A stretch of DNA of 60,785 nucleotides, the filler included, from Syncephalis fuscata S228 (Eukaryota; Fungi; Zoopagomycota): NCBI GenBank assembly GCA_025786725.1. It is 4 parts of 4 records of this genome, joined end to end, with 100 filler letters (N's around TTAATTAATTAA, not from the genome) between each part and the next. Parts side by side here need not be neighbours in the genome. Positions count along the whole stretch, not along the records: positions 37,507 to 46,223 come from JAHLTZ010000317.1; positions 46,324 to 60,785 come from JAHLTZ010000232.1; 2 more parts are not named here. One strand, 5' to 3'. Position numbers and translations under genes: made by a program. Position 1 is the stretch's first letter; each line of letters begins with the position of its first letter. Below the pieces are notes generated by a model, which saw only the letters and a program-made list of their open reading frames with translations, did no database searches and had not been told where the DNA came from. Of the stretch, positions 39,735-54,556 are shown in pieces.

Positions 39735-39956
39735 ATGAAGCTTTCTATTGCCGTCATTTGCACTGTCGTTGTGGCGCTTGTGGCCGTTACAACCATGGCG
39801 GATGCTAATCCAGCTTTAGTTCGTCGCGCTCTAAAAGGGGAAAGTTGTCCTGATTGCATAAACAGATGCAAGTGGGGCATTTTTCGCACTAAGGAGTGGT
39901 GTGCTAGCGAGAAGGGATGGTGCTTTATTCCATGTCAATGTCCTACTTGCCCGTAA
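39735..39956 (+). CDS. Intronless paralog C: secreted 8-Cys peptide precursor (73 aa)
   Basis: MKLSIAVICTVVVALVAVTTMADANPALVRR followed by ALKGESCPDCINRCKWGIFRTKEWCASEKGWCFIPCQCPTCP; the 5' and 3' flanks are homologous to genes A and B. Confidence 0.92.
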   Translation: MKLSIAVICTVVVALVAVTTMADANPALVRRALKGESCPDCINRCKWGIFRTKEWCASEKGWCFIPCQCPTCP

Positions 39957-42900
39957 TCGATGGTTCCAAGACATCAGCATTGGTAGTGCAATCAAGCCAC
40001 TATTCCAATACACTTTAGGTATATATTCGGTGAAAAGCAAGACCATTTGACAACTACACCGTCCAGTCTATTTATATATCAAGTTTTGGCCAATGCTCCG
40101 GTTTATCTAGTCTTTAATCAATGGAATCACTATTTTAGCAACATATTTGCATCTAGTTGCTTCTATTCAACTTTGTAAGCTTATAATAATAAATCTATGG
40201 TTTCATCTTAGCTATATACAATCAAATTGCTATATCTATAACCATGTTCTATTTGCATTCAATAATGACAATTATCAATTAAATAATTAAATTAATAACA
40301 AAATGTGTATAGTTATATCGCCTAAGCTATAGGCATAGATTGGTATGGATAGTAGCAAAGCTATTATTATCATATAGCCAAGTAATAGTATGCTGAAATT
40401 AGAATAAATACGCTTTTTAATAAAACATGGCAATAAAGCATACAATATTATAAAACAAAATAAATAGACAAAACGAATACGTGAATAGTAATAACAAAAC
40501 TATACTGTATGCAATTAGCCAATAGTAATGAACGAAATGAATCAAAATCTGCTAAAAGAATACAGTTAGCAATAAACTTTTAGCTTTTATTAATATAATT
40601 TCTACAATTTACAATATTAATGATATAGACAGACATATAGTATGTGTATACAAGACAGATATGTACAGTACAACAATAATGATAAATAAATAGCTTAATA
40701 ACCAATGACACTCAACAGCCAGTTTCATCTTCAATAAAGCGGATATTTCGTTTAAATGTGTGGCTATTATAGCTATTTAACTGCCAAATCACACTAAACA
40801 ACCAATAGCATGCTCAATATTGTGGAAAAAGTGATCTTTATTTATTTAATAAAAATATCACAAGATTTGATACAAATCAAGTGGTTTAAATGATCCGTCA
40901 CAGCACCCTCTTAAGCTTCTTTCGCCATGTCCCACAACTCTTTTAAATTGGAACATTGGAGCGACTACTGCGACATTTAAAATGAACGTTACGAGTAGAT
41001 TGTTCTAGTTTATCAACGGCAAATGCCATGGTGACGGTTTTATTTTGCATATATTCACTCTTGTTTGATACACCAACTAATTAATTCAAGTTGATCAAAG
41101 CAATAATACTTTTATGTAATTTGGAATTATTTAATTGCTATATCTGATATTCAAAATACTCTAAACCAATCTAATCTTATTTGTTGGTTAGATTTAAATC
41201 TAAAATATTTATTAATTAAACAGTTTTGTTTGCATTACACTTTATTTATTTTGATAGTTGCTTCATTAGTAGTTTGTATTTATTCAATAAAAACGTTTAT
41301 TTCAATATTAACTACTGTTTCAACACAATTGGTGTTAATCTTTACATAGCATGTTTTGTATTGTATTTTTTAAGTTGCATTTGCCACAAGTATATTGTCG
41401 AAAGTCTTTTAACAAATAAAATACGATTGGCATTGCCATTAATATTGCTACAATTGACTAAATTACATAAATAGGCAAAGTTTTAAATTAAAATACATTG
41501 TATTATTATGATTAACTTTTTCTCATCAAGGATTTTAGCTTTGTAGCTTTTATTATCCAATAATATTATAAATACACAATACTATTAATCAAATAATAAT
41601 AAAATGCCTTTTTATAATCCAATCTATTTTGGCTTATTATCAAATCTATACAGTTACAACTTTTGTTATAAATCTGCTAACTTGTTATTGTGATAAGTTA
41701 AAGTCATTTGATACTAATAGTATTATTATTAAATTGATATCAAAATATTTAATTAAACTACTATTTATTTTTCTTTTTTGATTACTTGGTCAATGCTACA
41801 TCATTTTATTACTGTTGTTGTAACATTGCCGTTTTTTAGCAAATTAAAGGCAAACCAAGCTTTTAATAAAAAATAATAGCATCTATTAAGCTATTACAAT
41901 TGTTAGTGTATGTTAAATAATTAAATATCTACTTAATCATTTTATTTGTACATCTTTTGTTTTACATTTGAGAATGTAGCAACATCATTTGTAATATGTT
42001 TATTTCGTACTAATTATAATAAAAGGAATTGATGACTTGATAGTTTTATTTATGCTTATTTGAAATCGTAATTTACTATGGTAAATAATTCTTCAAAATT
42101 CCGCATTTCATTCTGACTCCCAGTTTTTGAGTCCTCAAAGCAAATTCACTCCAATCAGAGTCATGTCGTTATCATATGCAATATAGTTATGTTAATTCCT
42201 ATTAAAATGAAGTTAATAAATTAATTTAAATAAATAATGGAACATACTATTTGATTTTGTTGAGACATTTGAGGCCAATCATTGTTGCTGTTGGTCATGT
42301 ATAGAAAGATTGATCAAATATTAATAGAAACCATATGATTGCAATTCCATATCATTCCTCATTAATTGTTATTGTATCTATGTACAGCATAGATTATTGC
42401 ATCTGAATGGTCTTTCTATTTTCTAATATTCTAGTATTGCATTATGGGCATATTTTTAATGTAAGATCAAGATTAGTATAATTATTATAAAGTTGTTTAT
42501 TAAACAGCCACTTTTCCTATAGCCAATCTGACTAAATATATGGCATTTTGAACAATTAACATCATAAATAACGATATATATATTAAAGCAATAATAAAGA
42601 TAACTAATTAATTACATTACTGTATTGATAATTACACATAAATCAATTAATGTTAGATGTAATATTATATATGGAATAATGATGAAATAGGTAAATGAAA
42701 ATATGAAAATATTAAGAAAAAATGTAAAATGAGTAAATAAAAAATGTAAGAGTCAAAGTACAATAGCTCCTTCGTCCTAGAAGTAAAAATGTAGTTTTTA
42801 AAAAAATTACTATAATTAGTAATAATATCGTGCCATATTATTTAAATAAAGAATAGCGCCTCGTTTAAAGTTTCAAATCAAATGGATATGGCAATGGATA

Positions 42901-43010
42901 TTCGTTGATTGGCCATAACAAAGCCTTTATATTTATGGCCATTATTTGTATTTGTAAAGAATTATCTCAATTTCTTCATTTTCTTTGCTAGTTATTGCCA
43001 ATTTACGAAA

Positions 43011-44104
43011 ATGTTTAGTGTTTATACCAAAGTTACGATTACCAGTTGGATATGGATCTTTGCAATGTTTAGCCAATCTGCTATGGCATGGCCTAGTTTG
43101 TTTGCGAAAAGTAGTTTATTAATATCTGATTTGTGTAATACTAATGGTTGATTATGTAGAATTTTCACTTCAGGATCTTCCATACATTAACGTGAATTCA
43201 TATAATGTACTGTATCAGAAAGGCCTTAAGCTGGAAAGCCCATTTCAACCATCTAACGGAATCTATAAAACATCTGGAGCGTATATGGTAGAGAACCGTA
43301 AAGTAAAAGTTCATATAACATGTGCTGATGACACCGATGAAGCTAAGATGAGTAATTCTGTTAAAATTTATAAAGTATGTGCCATCGGTAACATTAGCAA
43401 TCAATACTTACTATTATAATTTGTACAAAAACAGAGTCTTAAATCTCTCAATCTGCCAGCTTATAACAACGCATATACGGCGGGGTCCTATGTTGCTATA
43501 CCTCTGCGTCGTTTTTCATTAAGAAAAGGGCATTGCTATATTACGCCAGCAGAATGTGAAATGACACTGATGCAACACTGGTCTATGGTAGCTTCATTGC
43601 CTCAAAGAGATCAGCTTAGAATCGAATCTCTGGTGCTGTTTCGAATAATGCAAGGCAAGTGTTTAAAAGGTATTGTTACCTCTACTAATCTAATAACGCA
43701 CTAGCTCTTGACTATATGGCCTATACTGGTTGGATATACGATGTGGATGCTAATAGTGAGTGTTATACTTTTGTTTACTCATAATAGCACTTATTTACTT
43801 TTCATTAGATATCTGTGTTAATCCCAATTCTATGATTTTACTTATGAATGTCGAGTCAGCTGAATATGTTCTTCCACCAGGCATGACAATACATTCACAT
43901 GGCCGAATGCCTGATTTAATAGTGGAAAAACTTGACATTGTGAAAGTCCGTTTACAACGAAAGTTTAGAGATTTTTTGCAACATCCAGAACATTATATGG
44001 ACATGAATGGGTTAGATCTGCTTCCTAGATATACAGAGCAATGGAATCGTCAACCGGTGAATCTATATCACTTCCTGCTTACGAAAGTATTTTTCCCGAA
44101 CTAA
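43011..44104 (+). CDS. Secreted hypothetical protein, possibly degenerate protein-kinase-like fold (multi-exon)
   Basis: Signal-like MFSVYTKVTITSWIWIFAMFSQSAMA and short introns. The segment FRIMQALDYMAYTGWIYDVDANNICV resembles kinase subdomain VI without the canonical catalytic motif. Confidence 0.55.
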
Positions 44105-44509
44105 ATAATTCCGAGTAATTATTACTTGTTAATTCACAATTTTACAATAAAACACAGATAAATAATTATTTATAAATACGCACGTAAATTAATTTCGAAT
44201 AAATAGATTTAAATTTAATAAGTTAGATTGGTTTCATTCACAGAATAGTATTAGTACAATAATCTCTTACGATATCCATACCACTAGTGTAAGTAGCAAT
44301 CATTAATATATTTTTTATCAAGCTACATTCTATCTACTATAACAGTTGGCTTTTCTGCTAGCATTATAACTCAAATAAACATCGACGCCAGCAATATCTA
44401 TACACTAAGGTAGTAGCGTTGCCATCTATTATTTTTTAACATTCAAACATTATCTTACATTTTTTTATGTAATTTAATGTTTATAATACAATTACAATGA
44501 CCAATTAAA

Positions 44510-46200
44510 TTAAGCGGATTTTCGATAACTAAGAGCAATAACGACTATTGGATCCGCCACATTATTTAAACTATTGTTAGTAGAGCTGTTATGGTTAGTG
44601 GTAGAATTGCTGGATTTAGAATCAATTCAATTGATGTAGAATTGGTGTTCTTGTTTGGTGTATATTTAAATATAGATAACATATCTACTGGTGTCGAGTC
44701 GCTGGATGATGAGTTTGGCGTGATGATCCTCCTGGTGCTAATGATTTATTTGATCGATTTGTTTTTAGCTTTAATGCTACTCGTTCATCTCCTCGAGCGT
44801 CAAGAAATTCAAGAAATCGTAAATCAATTTCACAATAGCCCAAAAGCTAATAATAATAATATAATAGCATTGTAAATAAATTAATGCAAACTATTATGCT
44901 TCTACTTACTGTCGCAAGAGAATCGATCATAAGTGTAGACAGCTACACGTAAAGCTCATCCAATCGGTAATAGTAAATAGAAACGCTTGTTCCCATCGAG
45001 CATACTATTGGCGGATACGCTAGTCGTATTTGCATTCATATTAGATTAACACCAACATATTATTATTATTATTAATGACAGTGGTATCATGTTAACTACG
45101 GCTGTGCGTAAGTTGTCGTTGATTCAACGATACGGAACAGTAAACGCCTCAACATAGAATGATCAAACTTTGAAGCAGTAGCTAAATAACATTATTAGTT
45201 AGATAACATTTATAGTACAGTAATAATAATATACTTGTCGTTAATCCAGTCACTTCGACAATCATTACCGAATTGCCCATAATACTTTGCCCGTCATTCA
45301 CGTAGACTAGGTGCTTATAGCTAATAAAAACATTATTGGTCTGTAGCTATATATTGGTTTAAAAGTAATTACTTGAAGATCCATTCTCGTTACTGCGATG
45401 TGCTTCTCGACAACGAGCAATACATTCTCTAATTGTTTGTAGCCATTTACGCTTTGCACCAGCATTCTCCGCTTTAACATTAGTGAACGTTTTTTGTGTA
45501 CAATCTGAAATGTACTATCCTCTATTGGTTTGATATATGTATATTAATATCATTATCGACATTGCTCCTTGTTCAATTAAATATTTACCTAAACGTAATA
45601 GCGATCTTGTTCCACTGGTCTCGCGTACCTCCAATTCAAGTAAAGGAATAGGCTATACTCAAATGAGTAATTAAATATTGCTATTATGACCCACTTACAT
45701 CCAAATAAGGTTTGTACATGCCAATCTGTGCTCGAGCTGGCTCACATAATAATAGCAAATCAGTGAAAAGAAAGGCGGTAATCCAGACGTCCTTGTCGTC
45801 CTTTTTATCCATACACCTTCCATAACAAAGCGCCGCTGCCCCAAGTGGCGTGTACTGCCTGTCAATCAAGTTGTTGCGCCTGACTGTCCATAAATTAACG
45901 AAGCAGCAATCTCTTTCAAACGAGATAGATCTGCACGATCACGTGCTGCTTCATTACTACGTCGTAATAGATCTTCGGCTAAATCGACAGCTTGTCGGAT
46001 GGAGGTATGGTCGGCATGCTTCAATGGAGTATAGCTGCAAATCTATTTAATTGTCAGTTAGCAATATAACTAGCTTTGCTGACTTACTTGGCGTAATGCA
46101 GCGCATAGCGCGTCACACGCTGCATTGGTTTAGTAAACTAGCCAAATCCAAATTACGCAAAGTGGATCCGATTGACGTCTCTAGTATCCATAAATAATGG
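44510..46200 (-). CDS. 3' portion of a DH-PH-C2 RhoGEF (intersectin-C-terminus-like); partial and frameshifted as assembled
   Basis: KPMQRVTRYALL (end of DH), AFLFTDLLLLCE and AENAGAKRKWLQTIRECI (PH), LRVAVYTYDRFSCD..LLGYCEIDL (C2). Confidence 0.7.
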
Positions 46201-46223
46201 TTAATAGGTAATTATAATTAAAA

Positions 46224-46323
46224 NNNNNNNNNNNNNNNNNNNNNNNNNNNNNNNNNNNNNNNNNNNNTTAATTAATTAANNNNNNNNNNNNNNNNNNNNN
46301 NNNNNNNNNNNNNNNNNNNNNNN
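46224..46323. other. Artificial contig linker
   Basis: 44 N + TTAATTAATTAA + 44 N. Confidence 0.97.
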
Positions 46324-46391
46324 ACAGTAAGTAATTTGATAGGCAATATAAACTTAACTTGAAGCAACTATATTAATGTAATCTATACTAG

Positions 46392-47343
46392 TCAATTAAA
46401 TGAGAAATTGATAAATCGCCATTACATATTCATGTGGCATCCGATGGTGTTATTTATCGCGATTTAATTCCAGGTGCCGGTAAGGCGACGCCTGAAACTT
46501 GCACGGCAAAACAATCATTATTATCGGCACAATTAGCTCAGACACTGGCCGTTCAACGCCTAAAAACCAGACAGCATCAAATGACAGCGAATTTAAACCG
46601 ACACTTATTCTTTTGGCTATTCGATTAGGCACTGATAAGTTGAATCCTATTATCATCCTGCTGTAAAGGTAAGCATTAAATTGCACATCATTGATTCGAT
46701 ATTAACTTTACCTAGATGTGTTTGGCCTTTCCTCAAAGTGTTGGTATTGCTGGGTAAGTGCTATTTATGTATTAATACATTGTTAACCATGCATTAAATA
46801 TTAGTGGTCGTCCCTCTGCTTCTTTATATTTTATTGGATTTGATGGTAAATACTATTTATTAGTATAATAACAACAATAATAATAATATTTGTTATTATT
46901 GTTACAGGAGATGATTTGTTCTTTTTAGATCCTCATTGTACACGAACCACAGTGACCACAAAAAATTACAATAATTATACTGAAGAAGTAGGTTATTAGT
47001 ATTAATATGGAGCATTTCTAACTATGTGTTAAATAGGATTTGGCAAGTTATCATTGCCCTCGACCAAGAAGTATTCGTATTCACCGACTAGATCCGTGTA
47101 TGCTTATTGGATTTTACTGTCGGGACCGCGACGATTTTGATGACTTATGTCGACGAGCTAGACTGGTAGGCTATTTTTATATTATTAGTATAATAATGCT
47201 AGTATAAAGACTAATATAACCATTGAATAAATTAGGTGGCAGAACTGGGCACTCCTATATTTTCAATTGAACCATCAGCACCTGTTTACGATGATGATTC
47301 GTCAGTTGTTTCACTTGGCGGGTCAGATTCTTTTATACTTTAG
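46392..47343 (+). CDS. ATG4: Autophagy cysteine protease ATG4, 3' part (5' end lost at the contig edge)
   Basis: RLGTDKLNPIY, FPQSVGIAGGRPSASLYFIG, LFFLDPH, SYHC, LDPCMLIGFYCRDRDDFDD. Confidence 0.92.
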
Positions 47344-49867
47344 TTCATTATTATGCAATAAATTAACTATTCACACTAATATGTTAAATTACGACCAAAA
47401 AAGAATAAAATTATAATAGTGATCACGTATTTATGCTATATTAACAAATATATAGATATAAAATAGAATAAAAATATTGTTTTAATCATGTCTAAAAACG
47501 TGGCTTTTTTGTTATTTTCAGTTGTATTTTACTAGAATGTATCATTGGATTGTAAATATGGCCTGTATGCATGTCAATAAATGATTTTTTCCCACCTCTT
47601 TCTTTAAGTATTGCGCATAGGGATCCAAAAAGTAGAGCAATATATCCGTCTAATGGACAAGTAATTGAACGTAGTAGATTTTCATTTTGAGCATACAAGA
47701 CATCGAATATTCACTTATGTTGAATGAAAATAAGCTTCTCCCTGTATAATTTGGTAATTATCATGCTGTTTATATTTTGACTTCATAATACACGCCTTTG
47801 GTCGGAACTATCAGCTAGTAGTAATTGGCCGTAATCTTTGTTTTTACATAGTGATTGTAATAAACTGTTTGATAAAAACTTGCTCATTCCAAACAATAGC
47901 AATAAAATGCTAAAATTTGTATCATTAGTGGACTTTTTAAAATTGTTTACATATCTTATAGTAATTAAGCAAATCTTCTCCATATACATCTTAGCACGAA
48001 TTAAAACGTTTGAGCAATATGGGATGCTGAATTAATTTGATAAAATCTTTTTACACTGATGCTGTCCTTGTTGAACGTTAAATAAACTTCATTGGATATG
48101 CATCAATCGATTGTCAACATTAACTGCTTGCAGGTTTTGAATATTTATAGGCGTAGAATCAGTATCAAATTATACAAAGTCGTGTATTATTTTTCACGTT
48201 AACAATTGGAATTGATTACGAAAAATGAACTGAACAGAGATGGACGGTTTATTCATAGGAAATTCTGAACCTTGTATCCATTATTTTTTATTTAGATTAA
48301 CTAACTCAAATCTTTTCCATGGCTCTTGTACATTGAAAGTCTTTAGCAGCATCCACTTGTCAAAAATACTATTTAAATAAAGTATTAATTGCTGTTTAGC
48401 TTTATCTACGCTTTGAAGGTAGATGAAATCAGGAGACAGATTGCCAGCATGACGCCATACTACCATTGCATCTCGGCGGCGTCTTTTTCGTCTATTTAAC
48501 GATTCGATGACTGATGAACTAATAGAGTATTTATTTCCTCTTATGTAATTTGCCTCCATTTCATTATATATTTATTATTGTAATAGCATTGATAAACAAT
48601 TAATACCGTCATTATCATAACTAATTATTATTTATCTATTGGATCGTCAATATTTATAAATTTTACGTCATTGTATGTATTTATGAGAATATTGGCTACA
48701 ACGAACCGATGTGTTTTGTAGACATATTTAACTATGACTTTGCCATTAAACAAGAGTAATGACAAAAAATAGCTAATTCTTTCCATGCTAGTTCTTTGTT
48801 GCTGTACTTATTCTTCTTGCTAAAAATATCGTGTTGAATTGACCAGACTGTTGAGCCTTCTTCATCCTGAACCAAACCATACCCGAAATTTACGTCGATT
48901 ATTTCCAGTCGAGTAAATTTCCTGATCGGTAGTCGGCACGATCGTTTTTGGAATCAACCTGTCATAAAGTTGCGGACATTTTGTCGACGTCAATGATAGG
49001 CGTAAAACCATCGAGCGTTACTGAAACTAAGAATCGATAGCAAATCATTAACTGGCAATGTAAATTCATTATTGTTGTCATTGACAGGTGAAATGCTAGA
49101 TGCTAATAAATGTTTTTGTTTTGCTTGATTTACATTGGGCTTAGACTCTTTTGATTTTGTTTTAGTATTAATGTGCCAAATGTATCATACAAGCCATTCT
49201 TTTTTACTCTGGTCACTAAAACAAAATGCTCGTTTATATTGTTGTTCCCAATAATCAAGTCGATTAACTATGATTTGGTAAATAAATTGACAGCTGATGA
49301 CAAAAAGTACCAATTCTTCCTCTTCTATGAAACGGCACAAATACAGCAAGATATCGTGGTTTTTCCAGAATAGCTGCTGTTAGTACTTAAAGCCATAGTT
49401 GACTAAAAATAACTATGTTAAAAATACTAAATAATAGATAGAGGAACAATAATGGATGCAATTAGAAGAAAAAGGCGTTACATGATCATGGCTGATTTAT
49501 TCCATCCATAACACAATGGTTACACGATTGCATATGTTTAAGTCGCAAATGAACACTATTACTATTTAATTTATAAATAAAATATATATTGAAATTACAT
49601 AAAACGTAATGAATTGTCAATAAAAGCTATGTAAATGTCATTATCATATTTAATAATTATAAGTATTTAGTTTTACTAAGAATACTTCGTCAAATTGACT
49701 GTTTTACTGTTTGACTATGGTTATTCATCATTTAAAATATGCTGAATACTATTAAAATAAGCAAATAGTTATACATTTAATAGTTAGCAAATAAATAAGC
49801 ATTATCAAAAATACTACACAGCTATAGCACTTGTACTATAATAGGTCTCAATTTTATTATGCAAATG

Positions 49868-50983
49868 CTAATTATTCCTAAAATTGCTATTCGCCGTTTT
49901 CGGGTCAATCATCATATTGTCGAACACAATCGCATAGTCTTTCAACGATTCCCAGATATCTTGCCACACTAGGTTTTTTGGATTGATATCCTCCATTTTA
50001 AGATATCGATAATATTCGTTCCAATCATATTTCTTTGATTTTAAGCCACCTCCAATCAAAACTGCTATTAAGCGTTTGTTGTATTCATTGATAGACCTTA
50101 TAGTCCTGCTCAAAGTATAACCATTTGTAGTAGCGACATCAATGGGATCTTTTGCTGGGCTGGCATTAAGGAAGTTGTAAAAATGCAATTTGTATCCACT
50201 TTTGTCTTTATCGACACAAATATCTAGCAACACCGTCAATGTGGATATTAGTAAACAACAGCATACTTACCTAGAATATCGAGGTGAGCATACCATCCCC
50301 ATTCCTTTATAGTGTTTAGTCCTAACCACAGTTCAGTTTATAATATACATGGACAATACAAGCTTGTACCTTTTACAATTTTTTGTCATAACGGCAGCAT
50401 CTCTTTTAAATCATGCTCGCTTTGTTTAGAGTTTTCTTTGAATTTTTCATTAAAATCGTCGTATGTCTTTTTACACTTGTAGTATGGTACGATATAACAA
50501 ATGGCGTTATCAAATGTAAATTTCTTTTGAGGTACGGCAAACGAGATACTATGATCCTCACTATGTATCGGAGATTGGCCCAGTAGATCCTGTTGATCAT
50601 AGCATTTGTTAGCTTCGTATATCTATCGTTTACAAAACTTACATTGTATAATATAAGTGCATTACTTTTTGTATCTGATCTTGGCCCGCACACAAGCCTA
50701 ATGGGATTGCCATGCTGCGTTCCTGTAATATAATATACACCTCCATTTGTGTGTCTAGTGTTTGTCAACTGGATATCATATACGCCAAGTACACTATTTA
50801 ATGCACTGTTTGCATTCCCCGTGGATTCTATATGAGTAATATCGTTAGTAAAAGCAAAAGAATAACTTGGTGTAGATACTTGCTAGTGTTTTCGAATAAA
50901 CTTGATATATCGTTACTGGGTGCGGCTTGAGCGACCGATACTAGCATGAGCGTGGTAGCAGCGATAGTAAGAATGGATTTCAT
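49868..50983 (-). CDS. Secreted hypothetical protein, possible pseudokinase-like family; frameshifted as assembled
   Basis: Signal peptide MKSILTIAATTLMLVSVAQA; the segment GLNTIKEWGWYAHLDIL|DICVDK parallels the corresponding segment of the 43011-44104 gene. Confidence 0.5.
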
Positions 50984-51844
50984 CGTAAACATGGCTATGT
51001 CAAGGCTCAGTCGTCGAATAAAGGCTGTACTTTTTATGAAGCTAATGCGTAAGCAAATATGATGTAATGGCTAGACAAACTGACATGCTAAAAATGCGAT
51101 ATATATAGCAAAATATATCATGGGATAGTTGATATGTTTTTGTAAACTGGAAAAATACAATGTAGGCGTTTCAGCAAAATTGCAAAAAAGCACATGGAAT
51201 AAACCGAAAGCAGCAATCTTCGTTATTCGAATACGGAATTTGAAAATACAAATGCTTTGGCGTTGCATTCTTACTTCTATATATACATATATTGAATGGC
51301 ACAAAATGGATAAAATGTGGCTTATTGTAGTGATACCATTTTGTATGGCTATTATTCTCTTAAGCATTGATATCAAAAATAACCATATAACCGATGCTGT
51401 AAATCCAAGCACAAATTCCAGTAATACACATTACGGCTAATCAGCGACTGTATAGCTTTGCAACAATATAAATAATTGCGATTAAAACAACCCGTAATTT
51501 TAATTTACATTGCACAATGATAGGTCATTATTTAATTTAAATTCACGTATACATACAACATGCATAAATAAATTTAAATGCCATATAGTTAAGACAAATC
51601 AACAGCAGTATACTCCAAAGAATAGGAATAACAAGGCGGCATTGAATTGATAACCCGCTTGATGAATATCATGTTATGCCATATAAAGACATTACCTGAA
51701 ACGAGAAAGTTTAAAATTACAATAATCATGCTCAGAGAAATGGTCTATTACGGCATCGCTTTGAATTGCCGATTTTCAATTCTATTTTTAGTTTAGGTTT
51801 AGTTTTCTTTCGCTTTTACATTTTTGCAGTTGTTGTAAAACAAC

Positions 51845-52432
51845 TGCTAGTGGAAAAGCTACTTTTATGTTCTGTAGAATAGTTTGTATATTATAGCCTT
51901 CTTTAATATTAGACTAGTGCATAATTGAACATACCAACAGGCACTCAATGTTGTTTACTGCATATCAAACCTTAATACTGCAGCTTGCTAGCTCGGCACT
52001 AATTTAGTTTATTTTGGTTTCTATTGTAAAATAAATAAGATTTTGAAATGAATGGCTTATTTGAGTATGTCTTTATCTTTTGGTTAATTACATTGATTAA
52101 GCCAAATCTACATTAGTTTAACGGTCAGATTAGCATATTGATTATCCAGTATACTATTATACACTGATTGTTTTTTAAGTATGCAAATAACTTGGTATAC
52201 ATAATTACAAATAGTTAAATTATTGGTTTAGCTCATTGAACTGGTAGTATTTCTAACAACATAATATACATCGCCAATATATATATATATTACTAGTTGA
52301 TTTATACTAATGTTTATTTCCTAGGCATTCTGACATTTTTGTAATATGCAAAATTATAATTTCATTATCAGCCTAATAATATTCTGTTATTTATATATGT
52401 GTAGGATTATATGGTTGATATAGCAATATTTC
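51845..52432 (+). repeat. Near-identical inverted repeat, left copy
   Basis: Reverse complement of 60208-60785 with few mismatches. Confidence 0.92.
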
Positions 52433-53528
52433 AACTAATATCAATTGTATAAATAGTTTAATAAGAATAGCGGTTTTTAGTATAATTATATTTACCATGG
52501 CTTAAAAATTAGCTAGTAAAAATATTATATAGATTTAGTTATTATAACTGTTTAAGGTCTGCATAAATAATTTTGTTAAAGCTGTTATAGTCATTAAATA
52601 AATAGCACAATACTAACTTAATAGTAAAAATACTGTTAATAGCTGGCAATTCTAGAGTGCTAACATTACAGACAGCAGACTCAATACTTTAACTAATCAG
52701 TAAAATAGTTCAATTATTATACAAAATTCTTGATTAACAATAATATAATTAACTGATAAAGTATAGAATTGAATGCTAATTATTCAGTTTATTGTTACTA
52801 AAACAATTGATTATCATACATCTAAAATATAACAACTAATATCATTTTCAACAATAATAAATTTTTACTATTATTATAGCGGTGGTATCATTGGTTGTTA
52901 ACACGCCAATCTTTCTTGGCTTTGCTTACACGTGCTTGTTTGTTATTGCTACCATATTACTATACTACTTGTCTCAACTGCTATTGCACTATTACCACAC
53001 TACCACTGCCATTATCATTACTATTATTCTATAGCTTATTGGTAAGTGTAGGTTTAGACACGACTAACTTTGTAAAAATTGCTTGTCCGTAGCAACAATG
53101 GTCCAATATATTTATTGGCTACAATGACGAAAAAAGAATGAAGTATTCCAGTAGAATAATAATTCACTTATTCTCCTTATTTTCTCACTCCTATATATTC
53201 ACACTTGTTTGTATTGGCATCGCGTGTTGACATTCGTGAATTTTAGATTGCTAATAATAACATCGCTTCTCGCTGATCACTACTTCTCTGACGTTACGGA
53301 CTTGCTTATTTCTCGTGCCATGGCTGGTGAGCCTTTTGTGCAGCGGCTTGAAGATCAATTGAGCGGATAGACTGCATGGCATCATCTATCGAGAATTCCA
53401 TCATCTGTTAGCAGCAATAACTTATTTTCAATTGGAATAAGCTTTGCTATCGATAGTGTGTCGGCTATCTGTCCGCTCAATTGAGTTTCCTGCTGAACTA
53501 TTAAACGCCTTGTACTAATTCTACTTGT

Positions 53529-54501
53529 ATGATCGCAGAACGTGCACAGGCTGATATTTTTACCGCGTATGACGAAGAAGAGGACGATGATGTAATTCTG
53601 GGTGGCATTGCGGCCACACCTGTCAGTCTATCGGAAGCGAGCGACTTGAGCGACGGAGACTCGAACAAGCAGTTTAATGGAGCTGAAAAGCACGGACTAA
53701 CCGACCTAACGTCGATAGCAACGGCAGCAGCAATGGCGCGTCAACAAAGTAAAGCTATTGATAGCAGCAATAGTCATAGTAGTAAAAATAATAATAACAA
53801 TAACAGCCATAGTAATGGCATGACTGTATTTGCCAGTGATGAAGATGCTTTTATAGACGAGTTTGACGTATCATTTGAAGAATTAAGTGGTGCAGAGGAT
53901 TTTCGTCCTACTAAATCGCACATATCACACGCGACCAATAGCAAATCATCTCATGAACGTTCTGTTAAAAGAAGCAAACGCAACCGTTTTCTGGACGATG
54001 AAGACGATGATGAAGACGATGAAGATGGCGATGATGATAATCGTCATCGAAATAAGCCTAGTAATCGCAGTAGACACGAAGCGTTAGATGCCGATCTGTA
54101 CGGACTACGTCGATCATCGCGTGTTCGCTCAGTGTCTCATCAATATCAAGAGGTATGTGTATATGCTATATGGATTCATTCTACGTGCAAACAAGTAACT
54201 TATATTTTTCTAGTCGGATGATGATAGCGTTTATGGAGGCGACAATTATGGACATAATCAAAAGGATTATAATCAATATGGCGACTCGTTTCTTTCTACT
54301 GAAGAGAATGAAAGTGATGAAGATGAAGATGATGACGACGACGACGATGACGATGACGACGGTGATTATGAGTATGGATCTAAGAAGCGTAAAGGTAATA
54401 GAAAAACAAAAACGAAGCCAAAGAAAACAGCAAAGCCCCGTACATTGACCAATCGACCAGTCAGTAAGTAATAAAAACGATGTATACATATTAATTAGCT
54501 G

Positions 54502-54556
<55 letters not shown>

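Noticed and set aside
47490-49400. Possible fragmented minus-strand gene
   Set aside because: It has coding-like patches, but I could not build a consistent frame or recognise a domain.
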